Of a stretch of 64,000 nucleotides of DNA, positions 42,657-53,696 are shown piece after piece. The position numbers were made by a program, and so were the translations under genes. How positions within the stretch are numbered: position 1 is the stretch's first letter; each line of letters starts with the position of its first letter. The notes under the pieces were generated by a model. It saw nothing but the letters and a program-made list of their open reading frames with translations. It made no database searches and was not told the origin of the DNA. This stretch comes from Chitinophagaceae bacterium (lineage in GTDB: Bacteria; Bacteroidota; Bacteroidia; Chitinophagales; Chitinophagaceae). The DNA lies in assembly GCA_036007765.1 (NCBI GenBank), contig DASYOM010000164.1:5512-69511 (forward strand), given 5' to 3'.

Positions 42657-44297
42657 ATGAAAATATCTCCCTTAGCAGGAAAACCTGCAGAACAAAATAT
42701 ACTCGTAAATATCCCGAGACTGGTTACAGCATATTACACAGGCATACCAGATATTGCTATTCCCGATCAACGAGTGGCATTTGGCACATCCGGCCATCGT
42801 GGATCATCATTAAAAAATTCGTTTAACGAAAATCATATTCTTGCTATTACGCAAGCCATTTGTTTTTACCGTAAGGAACAAAAGATTGATGGCCCCTTGT
42901 ATCTTGGCTTTGATACACATGCACTTTCAGCACCTTCTTTTGCCACCACAATGGAAGTATTAGCAGCGAATAATATTGAAGTGATGATTGCTAACGGGGA
43001 TGAATACACGCCGACTCCCGCAATTTCTCACTCGATCTTACAATACAACTCCGGGCGAAAAACAGGTTTGGCAGATGGTATCGTTATTACGCCTTCGCAC
43101 AATCCGCCGGACGATGGCGGATTTAAATATAATCCACCAAATGGTGGCCCTGCCTCAGGTACAGTTACCAATTGGATAGAAGCCAAAGCAAATGAATTAT
43201 TGCAAAACAATCTTCAGCAGGTAAAAAGAATTTCTTTTGAAAAGGCTCTTCATAAATCTACAACACATCGACACGATTATCTAAATACATACATAAATGA
43301 TCTTGGAAACATCATTGATATGAATCTCATTCGCGATTCAAAGATCAATATAGGCGTTGATCCGCTGGGCGGCGCAGGTGTTCATTATTGGGAACCCATT
43401 GCGGAACGCTATAAACTCAACCTGACCGTTGTAAATAAAATTGCTGATCCTACTTTCAGTTTTATGACAGTGGATTGGGACGGGCAAATCCGCATGGATC
43501 CTTCATTTCCTTACGCCATGCAACGGTTGATCGCAATGAAAGACGATTATGATATTTCTTTTGCCTGCGATACCGATCATGACCGGCATGGAATTGTTAC
43601 CAAAAGTGCCGGGTTATTAAATCCTAATCATTACTTATCTGTTGCAGTTTCTTACCTGTTGCAGCATCGTCCGCAATGGAATAAAAAAGCAGCAGTGGGA
43701 AAAACGATTGTCACTACTCAACTGATAGATCGCATCGCAGCAAAGTTGGGGCGACAAGTTGATGATGTACCTGTCGGATTCAAATGGTTCGTTGATGGCT
43801 TATTGGATTCATCACTTTGTTTTGGTGGAGAAGAAAGTGCAGGCGCATCTTTTTCAAGATTTGATGGAAGCGTTTGGACTACAGACAAGGATGGCTTTAT
43901 TCCAGCGCTGCTTGCAGCAGAGATCACTGCAAAAATGGAAAAGGATCCTGGCATCATATATAATGAACTCACAAAAGAATTTGGTGAACCTTTTTATGAT
44001 CGCATTGAAGCAAAAGCAACTCCTGAACAAAAAGAAAAACTAAGTAAACTTTCACCTGATATGATCAAACAAAAAGATTTAGCCGGTGAAAAGATTATTA
44101 ACTTACTAACAAAAGCTCCGGGCAATGGTGCTGATATTGGCGGACTAAAGGTGAGTACTAAAAATGGTTGGTTTGCAGCACGGCCATCTGGAACAGAAGA
44201 CATTTATAAAATTTATGCTGAAAGTTTTTTGAGTAAAGATCATTTGAAACAAATTATTGAAGAAGCACAGAGCCTTGTAGATAGGGCTTTGAAATGA
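42657..44297 (+). CDS. pgm: Phosphoglucomutase (alpha-D-glucose-1,6-bisphosphate dependent)
   Basis: FGTSGHRG, TPSHNP, DTDHDR, GEESAG, RPSGTE. Confidence 0.96.
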   Translation: MKISPLAGKPAEQNILVNIPRLVTAYYTGIPDIAIPDQRVAFGTSGHRGSSLKNSFNENHILAITQAICFYRKEQKIDGPLYLGFDTHALSAPSFATTMEVLAANNIEVMIANGDEYTPTPAISHSILQYNSGRKTGLADGIVITPSHNPPDDGGFKYNPPNGGPASGTVTNWIEAKANELLQNNLQQVKRISFEKALHKSTTHRHDYLNTYINDLGNIIDMNLIRDSKINIGVDPLGGAGVHYWEPIAERYKLNLTVVNKIADPTFSFMTVDWDGQIRMDPSFPYAMQRLIAMKDDYDISFACDTDHDRHGIVTKSAGLLNPNHYLSVAVSYLLQHRPQWNKKAAVGKTIVTTQLIDRIAAKLGRQVDDVPVGFKWFVDGLLDSSLCFGGEESAGASFSRFDGSVWTTDKDGFIPALLAAEITAKMEKDPGIIYNELTKEFGEPFYDRIEAKATPEQKEKLSKLSPDMIKQKDLAGEKIINLLTKAPGNGADIGGLKVSTKNGWFAARPSGTEDIYKIYAESFLSKDHLKQIIEEAQSLVDRALK

Positions 44298-44357
44298 AAA
44301 AAATGGATTGCTGAAGCATAAGCTGTATTTTATTATCACGATTGCATAAACGCAAAT

Positions 44358-45635
44358 ATGGGCGAAGAAATACTACATCTTATTCCACCGGGAATTATTA
44401 AGTTCATTCTTGTCCTTTTATTTGCATTACTCATTGGGCTGGAGCAGAGAGGCCGTTATATCAAAGAAGAATTTGGAACCCGCTTCGGTACTGACAGAAC
44501 GTTTACATTGATTGGAATTTTAGGATTTATTCTTTACGTCATCAGCCCGCAAACGCTGCTGCCTTTTCTCGGTGGCGGATTTGCAATTACCATTTTACTG
44601 GCAATTAATTATTACCAGAAAATAATTATACAAAAAAAGTTCGGCATCACTTCCTTTGTTATTGCACTGATCACTTATTGCCTTGCACCGCTGGTGTACA
44701 CACAGCCAACCTGGCTGGTTCTTTTAATTGTTGTTTGTGTGCTGATCTTAACGGAATTAAAAGAGACACTCTTTCAATTCTCCGAAAAATTTGATAACAA
44801 TGAATTCATCACGCTTGCAAAATTCCTGGTAATTGCCGGTGTTATCCTTCCATTGCTTCCTGACAGAATTATATCCACGAGCCTGAATTTTTCTCCTTAT
44901 AAATTCTGGCTGGCGATAGTGGCGGTATCCGGCATTTCTTACTTCAGTTATTTACTTAAAAAATTTGTATTCCCCGATTCAGGAATTATTCTCACCGGTA
45001 TTTTGGGCGGCATGTATAGCAGCACGGCGACCACGATTATACTTGCCAAAAAAAGCAAAGAGCTGCCTGAAAATAATAAAGTGGCTGCTGCTATTATTCT
45101 TGCCACAACGATGATGTATGTACGATTGTTCTTATTGGCCCTGTTCTTTAATAAAAATATAGCGATGGCACTCGCTCCATCGTTTGCAATTTTTGTTTTG
45201 GTGTCTTCGCTTATCGCCTTATACTTTTTAAAATTTCATTCAAATAAGAAACAACAACCCGATGTAAAGACATTATCTCCTCACACCAACCCGCTTGAAT
45301 TTAAAACCGCTTTAATCTTCGCAGGGCTCTTCATATTTTTTGCTGTGATTACAGAGTTTGTAACCAGACGTTACGGAAGTGGCGGAATAAATGTTTTGTC
45401 GTTTATTGTAGGTGTTACCGACATAGATCCTTTTATCCTCAACCTCTTTCAAAGCAAATTGAATATTGCGGATGCTATAATTGTAACGGCCGTAGTGAAT
45501 GCAGCAACAAGCAATAATTTATTAAAAATGATTTACGGAATTATTCTCTGCGATAAATCCCTGCGACGGCCTTTGATTGTGGGTTTTAGCATTTTAATTG
45601 TTGCGGGATTGGTGATATCGTTTGGGTTTCTTTGA
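44358..45635 (+). CDS. MgtC/SapB-family membrane protein with DUF4010
   Basis: LLIGLEQ..GTDRTFTLIG, ILPLLP, GGMYSSTATT, NPLEF, GVTDIDP. Confidence 0.85.
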   Translation: MGEEILHLIPPGIIKFILVLLFALLIGLEQRGRYIKEEFGTRFGTDRTFTLIGILGFILYVISPQTLLPFLGGGFAITILLAINYYQKIIIQKKFGITSFVIALITYCLAPLVYTQPTWLVLLIVVCVLILTELKETLFQFSEKFDNNEFITLAKFLVIAGVILPLLPDRIISTSLNFSPYKFWLAIVAVSGISYFSYLLKKFVFPDSGIILTGILGGMYSSTATTIILAKKSKELPENNKVAAAIILATTMMYVRLFLLALFFNKNIAMALAPSFAIFVLVSSLIALYFLKFHSNKKQQPDVKTLSPHTNPLEFKTALIFAGLFIFFAVITEFVTRRYGSGGINVLSFIVGVTDIDPFILNLFQSKLNIADAIIVTAVVNAATSNNLLKMIYGIILCDKSLRRPLIVGFSILIVAGLVISFGFL

Positions 45636-45717
45636 ATTAAGCGTCGCACAATCTGAATTTCTCACACAGCACTCATCGCTGACTAATGATAAGCCCTCCA
45701 GAAAAATTAATAAGTTT

Positions 45718-45753
45718 ATGATATACGTTACGTCTCTAGATGATATAGATCAT
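45718..45753. promoter_or_regulatory. Tandem FNR-like boxes, 22-bp period
   Basis: ATGATATACGTTAC (45718) and ATGAT-ATAG-ATCAT (45740), upstream of the 45798 ORF. Confidence 0.65.
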
Positions 45754-45797
45754 GACTTAAAAAAAAATGACCTGGTAGCTTTGTTGAAAATAAATGT

Positions 45798-46124
45798 ATG
45801 CTAACTAACACAAACAACACAAACAACACAGCAACATCAAATAAAAGTAATGAGTTGCAGATAACAACGGATGACCTTCCCTGTATTTTTATTCTCATTC
45901 CTTTTGAGTCGGGATTTAATAAAAAATCGCACTTTGATACTATTTTAAATACCGCCGTTGGCAAAGCAGAAAAAAAGTTAATGCAAAATTATCCAGCAAA
46001 TCAGTTAGAGCCGGTTGCAAAGAAACTACATCGTGTAATACAGAAGATGGCTTATAAATCTAATAATAAAAGTATAGCCATTATGGTTTCACCGCTGGTA
46101 GAAAAAGTCTATTACTTTAATTAG
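45798..46124 (+). CDS. Protein resembling the N-terminal domain of Bacteroidota baeRF3-family proteins (short or truncated)
   Basis: PCIFILIPFE..AE..L..NYP...KL..VI....Y....KSIAIMVSPLVEKVYY pattern; no C-terminal domains. Confidence 0.5.
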   Translation: MLTNTNNTNNTATSNKSNELQITTDDLPCIFILIPFESGFNKKSHFDTILNTAVGKAEKKLMQNYPANQLEPVAKKLHRVIQKMAYKSNNKSIAIMVSPLVEKVYYFN

Positions 46125-46373
46125 ACCCCGAATCCATTGAATCGTTATAAAACAGCTTAATTGGCAATTTGTCCTATGTCTCAGGCGGCATCCATCGGAA
46201 CTCCGCGTGTGAACGAAACCGCGAATGAAAAATCACCGCATCTTTTCACCCAGGTCAATGTCACCAACATCCATAATATTATCTAGTGAAGAGTGACTTG
46301 TTTAGCCAGGATTTATAAAACCAAAGTCCTCTTTTATTAATCATAAATTTGAAGACTAAGAAGTCTGTAAATA

Positions 46374-47660
46374 ATGGAATATAATAAAAGTGTGACCGCT
46401 GAAGAAGGTGTAAAAATTATTAAGCCAGGTGACAGGGTTTTCATACATGGAAGTGCCGCAACTCCTATACACCTATTAGAGGCCTTACAAAAACGACATG
46501 CTGAGCTCAGCGATGTGGAGTTGGTAAGCATTACCACCTTAGGCAAGGTCAACTTTAATGATCCCGTTTATAAAAAAAGTTTTTTTATAAATTCATTGTT
46601 TGTTTCAGAAAGCAACCGTGCCGTGGTCAACAGTGATCACGGGGATTATGTGCCCATATTCCTCAGCCAGATACCGCAGTTATTTACAAGAAATATATTA
46701 CCGATAGATGTTGCCATTGTGCAGGTATCGCCACCGGATGTGCATGGCTATTGCTCTTTAGGCACCTCAGTTGATATTGCCCGTGCTGCAGTTGATACCG
46801 CTAAATATATTATAGCCCAGGTAAATTCAAGAATGCCACGCACCCATGGCGATGGATTTATCCATGTAAATAAAATTGATTCACTGGTATGGCACGATAG
46901 CGAACTTCCTGAAATTGACTACGGATCAAAGTCGAATGATATCGTAACACAAATTGGCCGTAATGTGGCTTCACTTATCGAAGATGGTGCGACCTTACAG
47001 TTAGGCATAGGTGCTATTCCAGACCAGGTATTGCGAAACCTTACCAATCATAAAGCTCTTGGCATACACACTGAAATGCTTTCTGATGGAGTAATACCAC
47101 TGATAGAAAAAGGCATTATAGACAACAGCCGGAAAAAGTTGAATGTAGGCCGTTCCGTTACAGGCTTCATGGCAGGCACCCGGAAATTATATGATTTTGT
47201 GGATGATAACCCAGGTATAAGAGTGATGAACATAGCGTATGTAAATGATACCAGTATTATAAGACAAAATCCCAAAGCAACCGCTATAAACAGTGCCATT
47301 GAAATTGATTTAACCGGCCAGGTGTGCGCCGATTCTTTTGGAACTTACCAGTATTCGGGCATTGGCGGCCAGATGGATTTTATAAGAGGCGCCTCATTAT
47401 CCGAAGGAGGAAAGCCAATTATAGCGATGCCTTCAGTTACATCAAAAGACGTCTCACGAATCGTTCCATTTTTAAAAGAAGGCGCAGGCGTAGTAACTAC
47501 AAGAGGGCATGTTCACTGGGTAGTCACTGAATATGGCATGGTAGATTTGTTTGGAAAAAATTTAAAACAAAGAGCAAGGGAGTTGATTAAATTAGCCCAC
47601 CCCGATCATAAAGAATCTTTGGAGAAAGCGTTTTATGAGAGGTTTAATATGGGAGTGTGA
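46374..47660 (+). CDS. Acetyl-CoA hydrolase/transferase family protein
   Basis: GATLQLGIGAIP, LGIHTEM, INSAIEIDLTGQV, SGIGGQMDF.RGA, LAHPDH. Confidence 0.93.
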   Translation: MEYNKSVTAEEGVKIIKPGDRVFIHGSAATPIHLLEALQKRHAELSDVELVSITTLGKVNFNDPVYKKSFFINSLFVSESNRAVVNSDHGDYVPIFLSQIPQLFTRNILPIDVAIVQVSPPDVHGYCSLGTSVDIARAAVDTAKYIIAQVNSRMPRTHGDGFIHVNKIDSLVWHDSELPEIDYGSKSNDIVTQIGRNVASLIEDGATLQLGIGAIPDQVLRNLTNHKALGIHTEMLSDGVIPLIEKGIIDNSRKKLNVGRSVTGFMAGTRKLYDFVDDNPGIRVMNIAYVNDTSIIRQNPKATAINSAIEIDLTGQVCADSFGTYQYSGIGGQMDFIRGASLSEGGKPIIAMPSVTSKDVSRIVPFLKEGAGVVTTRGHVHWVVTEYGMVDLFGKNLKQRARELIKLAHPDHKESLEKAFYERFNMGV

Positions 47661-47750
47661 ATACTCTTCTTATAACCGTTACTAAAAAAGGGCATCGCTA
47701 TTCGTGCATAAATTTGAATTCTTTTAATTTTCAAATAAGCATTTTCAATA

Positions 47751-49349
47751 ATGAATAAATATTTACAGGCTGTAGTAATTGTATTGATCGTGTTTACCAG
47801 TTGCAGGGCCCAGCAATCAAAGGTTAAAGAAGTACAAAGAGATACCACTATTACCCCGGCGACATCATTTTCCAAGCTCTTTTTAGACAGTACAACATTA
47901 GAGAAATTTATTAAAGATCAAAATGCCAGTGATAGCGATGCCGTGAAATTGCGTAATTTTTATAAAAGCCGAAACTACCAATACGCCTGGTTTACAGAAG
48001 ATGGCATTGCAGAACAGACCCGGGCATTCTGGAATCTTCATAACAATTATATCAGCAATTTTGGCGATACTGCCTTAAGATTTAAAAACCTTCATCACGA
48101 AATAGATACACTATTAAATGAAGATTCCACATTGAAAATCTCACCGCAGCAAACGCTGCAAACAGAGCTTGAGTTAACAAAACATTTTTTTGAATACTCC
48201 AAACATGCTTATGCAGGCAAAGTAAATTCGAAGGACCTGGAATGGTTTATTCCCCGGAAGAAAATAGATGCAGTGGTATTGCTTGATTCCTTCATTGCGC
48301 GGGATGGTAAAAACCTGGAAGGCTGGGAACCAGTGAATGTTTATTATCAACATCTGAAACAAGAACTGCTGCATTATTACACTATTGAAAAATCAGGAGG
48401 ATGGAAAGCGATAGAAAGTGATAAATCAAAAAAATACAAACGTGGTGATTCTGCTCTTGTTATTAAACAGGTAAAACAACGTCTGCAAATTTCAGGTGAT
48501 GATAAAAGCACTGATACTTCAGCCTACTATAAGAGTGAACTGGAACTGGTAATTCAGCGGATGCAAAAAAGTTTTGGATTGAAAGAAGATGGGATTATAA
48601 CCGCCAGTTTAATTACCGCATTAAATGTTCCGGTTACAGAAAGGATCAGGCAAATGTTGATCAACCTTGAGCGGATGCGATGGATACCGCAACAACCGCC
48701 GGGAAACCTGCTTCTCGTAAACATTCCTGAATTCAGGTTGCATGTATTTGACAGCGGGAAAAAGCAATTCAGTATGAACGTGGTGGTTGGTAAAGATGGG
48801 CACAGTACAGTAATCTTTACTGACCAACTTAAATATGTGGTGTTTAGCCCTTACTGGAATGTGCCATCCAGCATTGTAAAAAATGAAATCTTACCTGCGA
48901 TGCGCAGAAACTCAAATTATCTTGCCAAAAACAATATGGAGCAAACCGGCACCAGCAATGGCCTTCCGGTGATACGGCAAAAGCCCGGTGGTGACAATTC
49001 ACTGGGGAGAGTGAAATTTATTTTCCCTAATAGTTACAATATTTATTTTCACGATACACCGGCAAAATCCCTTTTTAATGAATCAAACCGGGCTTTCAGT
49101 CATGGATGTATTCGCCTTGCTGAACCTCTAAAACTTGCTGAATATCTTTTGCGTGATCAACCGGAATGGACTCCCGAAAAAATTAAAGAAGCAATGAATG
49201 CATCAAAAGAAAATTGGGTAACGCTAAAAAAGCCGGTACCCGTTTTCATTTCTTACTTTACTGCCTGGGTTGATAGTGAGGGGCTGCTAAACTTTAGAAC
49301 CGATATCTATGGACATGATAAAGGAATAGCAGCGCATTTATTTGAGTAA
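47751..49349 (+). CDS. L,D-transpeptidase lipoprotein (YcbB/LdtD-like)
   Basis: Lipobox FTSC; NLERMRW, VNIPEF, PYWNVP.SI, IYFHDTP..SHGCIRL. Confidence 0.93.
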   Translation: MNKYLQAVVIVLIVFTSCRAQQSKVKEVQRDTTITPATSFSKLFLDSTTLEKFIKDQNASDSDAVKLRNFYKSRNYQYAWFTEDGIAEQTRAFWNLHNNYISNFGDTALRFKNLHHEIDTLLNEDSTLKISPQQTLQTELELTKHFFEYSKHAYAGKVNSKDLEWFIPRKKIDAVVLLDSFIARDGKNLEGWEPVNVYYQHLKQELLHYYTIEKSGGWKAIESDKSKKYKRGDSALVIKQVKQRLQISGDDKSTDTSAYYKSELELVIQRMQKSFGLKEDGIITASLITALNVPVTERIRQMLINLERMRWIPQQPPGNLLLVNIPEFRLHVFDSGKKQFSMNVVVGKDGHSTVIFTDQLKYVVFSPYWNVPSSIVKNEILPAMRRNSNYLAKNNMEQTGTSNGLPVIRQKPGGDNSLGRVKFIFPNSYNIYFHDTPAKSLFNESNRAFSHGCIRLAEPLKLAEYLLRDQPEWTPEKIKEAMNASKENWVTLKKPVPVFISYFTAWVDSEGLLNFRTDIYGHDKGIAAHLFE

Positions 49350-49375
49350 TGATTATTTGTTATCGCCTCATTTAA

Positions 49376-49889
49376 ATGAATACCTGGCTACCAGGTATTA
49401 GCTTCACAACTAATATTAATCTGGGCTTATGGATAATATATCTCCTTTTGGAAAAAGCACCTGCGAAATTAAAAGCAGAAAAACTGAAATTTACCGCCTT
49501 TATTTCCAGTATATCTTTTAGTTTAATTGTTGCTTTGAGATGGTATCGGGTAACAATTCCAGTTCAATAAAATTATCCACGAAATAATGCGAGCTTAAAC
49601 TACGGCAAAGGTCCATATAATAAGCCCTTGGATTACTGGTGATCATCCCCTGGTTTATTTCGAAATTATTCTGCATATCACCTTCAATAAGCTTAAGGGC
49701 ATCCTTACGCGGGAGTTTAAGGTTGAGCAGAAGTTCATCTGGTTGTGTTATGGTTAACAAAGAAACAGGTTGCGCAAATTGAGAAGCATCCAGGATAATC
49801 TTCATCTTCGTTTTGAAGCATCCTTGTTATCATGTATAATATTTTTGGGAACTCATTGATGATAACAATTAATTTTTTTGATTTTTCAT
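49376..49889 (-). pseudogene. Degraded hypothetical gene at the island edge
   Basis: ATG 49889 and ORF 49518..49805 can be joined only through frameshifts, and an in-frame stop follows; no family recognised. Confidence 0.3.
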
Positions 49890-50115
49890 GTGTATTATTA
49901 ATATTTTATTGTAGGGTAGTTCTACCATCATAAACGTACAATAATAAAAAAAATTATATAGTTAACTGTTGGCCTTATCCAGTGGAGCTTAAGGCAAACC
50001 TGCATAACATCTTGCATTATCTGCCGGAATGATCGCCTTGCTTAGAAACTATAGTTCATAATAGACTGCTATTCATCACTCCAGCGGCGTAAGAAAGCAA
50101 CGGAGATCGTATAGA

Positions 50116-50175
50116 TTAATTGGTGGGCTAAAAATCAAAAAAAGCCCGTAAACACTGAATTTTACGAGCTTTTAT
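50116..50175 (+). repeat. Copy 2 of the att-like repeat, including a hairpin downstream of tRNA-Pro
   Basis: TTAATTGGTGGGCTAAAAATCAAAAAAAGCCCGTAAACACTGAATTTT; AAAAGCCCGTAAA...TTTACGAGCTTTT inverted repeat (terminator-like). Confidence 0.75.
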
Positions 50176-50195
50176 TTTAGAAGAAATCAACTTTG

Positions 50196-50269
50196 TCGGG
50201 ATGACAAGATTCGAACTTGCGACCCCACGCCCCCCAGACGTGTGCGCTACCGGGCTGCGCTACATCCCG
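50196..50269 (-). tRNA. tRNA-Pro(GGG)
   Basis: CGGGATGTAGCGCAGCCCGGTAGCGCACACGTCTGGGGGGCGTGGGGTCGCAAGTTCGAATCTTGTCATCCCGA folds as a cloverleaf with anticodon GGG; CCA not encoded. Confidence 0.96.
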
Positions 50270-50696
50270 AAAAGAAACAAGGGCAAATCTAACCTGATTT
50301 TTTTAAAAGCATTTCAAATGAATTAACATCATTCCGTAGAGTGTCTTCATAAAAATTTAGAAACCAAAAAAGCTCAGAAATTTAAGATTGATATTATTTA
50401 CAATTTTTATCCAATTCGTTTATTGTTCCCATCTGAATAAACTTGATCTGAATTGCGCTACTGCTATTGGTGACAGTGTTACCTAATCAGGCATTTTTAC
50501 AGGCACTGAATAAAAATTAAATTAATAAGAAGCACTTAGAAAAACTATATATTACAACTTAAATTATCGCAAGGATTAATACTTTAACTTCATCAGGCTT
50601 TACAAATTAGTTGTAAATAAAATCTAATTTATTTTGCTATACAATTCTACTCTACTAGTGGCCAAATAGAATCTATTTTCAAATGAAAAGTTATTC

Positions 50697-51968
50697 ATGC
50701 ACTTGAAATTGTCACCCCGCCATTTTAAACCAATTATAATACTGTTAGTATTTTTAAATCTTTTTTTCCTTGGTGGTACATGGCTCTATGATTCTGTGGG
50801 TGCAAGAACAGGGAATAGCACCAGGTTTTTATTATTGCAACTTGACCTTGCCTATGAGAATGTTTTGTCTGCATGGTATTCATCAATGCTCCTTTTACTG
50901 GTTGCCATAATGTGCATTTTCTGCTTTTTGATTGACAAGGAAAGATTTCAAAGAAAAGCGGATACTTACATCAATCACGGATGGATAATACTTTCGCTTA
51001 TATTCTTAACACTCTCTTTAGATGAACTTGGTTCTTTTCATGAGACTATAGGCGATACGGGCCTCTTTGAAATATTTGGAAAATCTGAGGGTTGGCAGGT
51101 CTTTTATATACTCATAATACTAGTCGGAATTTTTATGATTTTGTTTAGCTGGATAAGGCTTAGGCGCATGCCTCTTGCGACTGCTTTCATGGTTGTGGGT
51201 GTGTTGCTGCTTTTAAGTAATCCTCTGCAGGAAAATTTTGAAATCGAATCCATGCAGAGTTCTGTAAACCCATCGCATTGGAAAAGGCCTGTAATTTATC
51301 TTCTGCTTGAAGAAGGCTCCGAAATTTTCGCAACAATTTGTTTTCTTGTATCAACAATGACATATTACGTTTATTCAAACAGGCAAATAAAAAGCCTAAA
51401 TGTAGTATCATCAAACAATATCACTCTTCACATATCAAAAATCAAGTTGCTATGGTTTACAATTTCTCTGGTGATTCTCCTGGGAGCATTAATGGCCATT
51501 GTAGACAGGTACATACAAAGGGAAGTAAATAATGAAATTGGGATTCCAAAAAATTGGTTTCCGGCAACAATGACATTTATAGTTTTTATATCAAGCCTAT
51601 ACTTTTTTTATAATTCATCCAAAGCCAGGCGCTCTTTTTTTCTCTATATGGCAATATTATCAATTTTGCTTTCAGCTTACTGTGGTGCTGATCTTTATGA
51701 ACATCATTTTAATGAGCTGATTGTGGCAGAAAAAATCTTTAATTGGACTATAATTGTTTTCGTAATTATTCTGTGTACACGGTTTTTACCGGAGCAACAT
51801 GGAATTACAAATAAATTGTTAGTATTTATGTGGGCTGTGTGTATTTGCCTTGCATTTAAATTAAATAAATCTTATACGAGCGAGTTTATACTTACCGGTT
51901 TTTCGTTTTTTTTTATCGCGATTGTTGGAAATTATTCCGCTAAAAATAATATAGGCAACTATAAATAA
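50697..51968 (+). CDS. Polytopic membrane protein of unknown function
   Basis: About 12 hydrophobic segments; E..L.AWYSS, LSLDE.GSFHE and EEGSE motifs. Confidence 0.7.
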   Translation: MHLKLSPRHFKPIIILLVFLNLFFLGGTWLYDSVGARTGNSTRFLLLQLDLAYENVLSAWYSSMLLLLVAIMCIFCFLIDKERFQRKADTYINHGWIILSLIFLTLSLDELGSFHETIGDTGLFEIFGKSEGWQVFYILIILVGIFMILFSWIRLRRMPLATAFMVVGVLLLLSNPLQENFEIESMQSSVNPSHWKRPVIYLLLEEGSEIFATICFLVSTMTYYVYSNRQIKSLNVVSSNNITLHISKIKLLWFTISLVILLGALMAIVDRYIQREVNNEIGIPKNWFPATMTFIVFISSLYFFYNSSKARRSFFLYMAILSILLSAYCGADLYEHHFNELIVAEKIFNWTIIVFVIILCTRFLPEQHGITNKLLVFMWAVCICLAFKLNKSYTSEFILTGFSFFFIAIVGNYSAKNNIGNYK

Positions 51969-52551
51969 ATTTTGTAGCCCTCAGTTTGTATTGAATATTT
52001 AGGTTTTTCGTAATTGAACTTCAATAATCTTATTTTCTATAAAATATTTTCTGAGTTTGAAGTTACATTCTGTATACTTTTTTTAAAATGAGGATATACC
52101 AGTATTTACCGATGAAATGCCACACGAACGCCTACCATTATTTCAGTTATTATTTTTTGAACCCCACATTCTGCAGGTTTTAGGTTTTAGAGAATAGGGC
52201 CTTTATACAAATTTTTATTTGCTTCTTTTCATGTGCCGGGAACATTTGATAATTATTCAAACGCTCAAATTGAATAATATTTTGATCAAAGTTTCGTTTT
52301 ATAAATGCAAAATTTTAGAGACGGACAAATTATTTCTGATTAATGAATTGTTAATGAATTTTAATTTTATAGAATTCAATTCTTAAAGGACTTAATTTTA
52401 ATCCGGGTTTATTATCGTTCTAATTTGATTACTGTCGCATCTAGTATAAATAAGATGATTAATTACTGACAGGCTGTTTATTTTCAACGGTATTAATTTT
52501 GTTTTAATTTTACTCTGTCATTATTTTATTTTTCAATAAAGAAATCCTCAA

Positions 52552-53391
52552 ATGAAATTATCACTGGTTGCATTCATCATGCTTTTGCTGTCATTTGGCG
52601 CAGATGCTCAAAACTTCCATGTAAATCTTTTTGCGGGCACATCCAATTACCGGGGCGACCTTCAGGATAAACGCTTTACGCTTTCACAATCACATTTTGC
52701 GGGTGGGGCAGGTTTATCTTACGATCTTACAGACAAGTTTTCTATCAGGAGTGGAATTACTTTGGGAAAAGTTTCCGGAGATGATAAGCAAGGCAGAAAT
52801 ATCAATAGAAATTTGAGCTTCGCTTCCAGCCTTGTTGAATTCAACCTTGGTCTTGAATATTATCTTACCCGGTTAGAAGATCACGCGCTTACGCCTTATG
52901 TTTTCGCAGGACTTGCCTTATATCATTTTAACCCATATACACACGATACCTCTAGCCAGAAATATTTTTTAAAAGCACTCAGTACGGAAGGAGAAGGCTT
53001 TCTACCTGGAGTAAAAAATTATAACCTTACTCAATTTGCCCTACCATTTGGGGGCGGTGTAAAGCTATCTCTAAGTGACAATGTTAATGTTGGATTAGAA
53101 TTGGGGCTAAGAAAATTATTTACAGATTATCTTGATGATGTTAGCACAACTTATGTTGATCAGACTGATTTATTAACTAACCGGGGCCCAAAAGCGGTAG
53201 AGCTTGCCTATCGCGGAAATGAATTAAAAACTGGTGCACCTTACCCTGCTGCTGGTAAGATCCGTGGTGGTGCAAATAAGAAAGATTGGTATTATTTTAC
53301 TGGCCTCACAATATCTTTCAGGTTGGGAGGTGGGAATGGTTTTGGTGGTGGGCGCCGGTCTCAATATGGATGCCCTGCTAATGTCAATTAA
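52552..53391 (+). CDS. DUF6089/PorG-like outer-membrane beta-barrel protein
   Basis: G.SNY.GDL, RNLSF.S, STEGEG, FTDYLDDVS, RG...KDWY. Confidence 0.8.
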   Translation: MKLSLVAFIMLLLSFGADAQNFHVNLFAGTSNYRGDLQDKRFTLSQSHFAGGAGLSYDLTDKFSIRSGITLGKVSGDDKQGRNINRNLSFASSLVEFNLGLEYYLTRLEDHALTPYVFAGLALYHFNPYTHDTSSQKYFLKALSTEGEGFLPGVKNYNLTQFALPFGGGVKLSLSDNVNVGLELGLRKLFTDYLDDVSTTYVDQTDLLTNRGPKAVELAYRGNELKTGAPYPAAGKIRGGANKKDWYYFTGLTISFRLGGGNGFGGGRRSQYGCPANVN

Positions 53392-53696
53392 AGTTGATCA
53401 CCGGCCATTAAGCACTGCCATTTATTATAATAAGACTTAGGCATTAATTTATTCTTCTTATACTCATCTCGCAAATCCCTGGAATTTAAATTCGTTTTAT
53501 CTAAACTTACAGGTGACATACTAAATTCCACCTGGCGCCAATATGTGAGAGCTGAAATTTAAACATACCCTTATGTAGGGCCTTAATAAATGCCGATAGT
53601 GCAAATCGTTAGAATAAATTTCATAATACACCGGCTTTCAGAATAATTTTGAAGTTATATTTCTAATTTCATAACTCCTAACTCAACTTCCCAACC

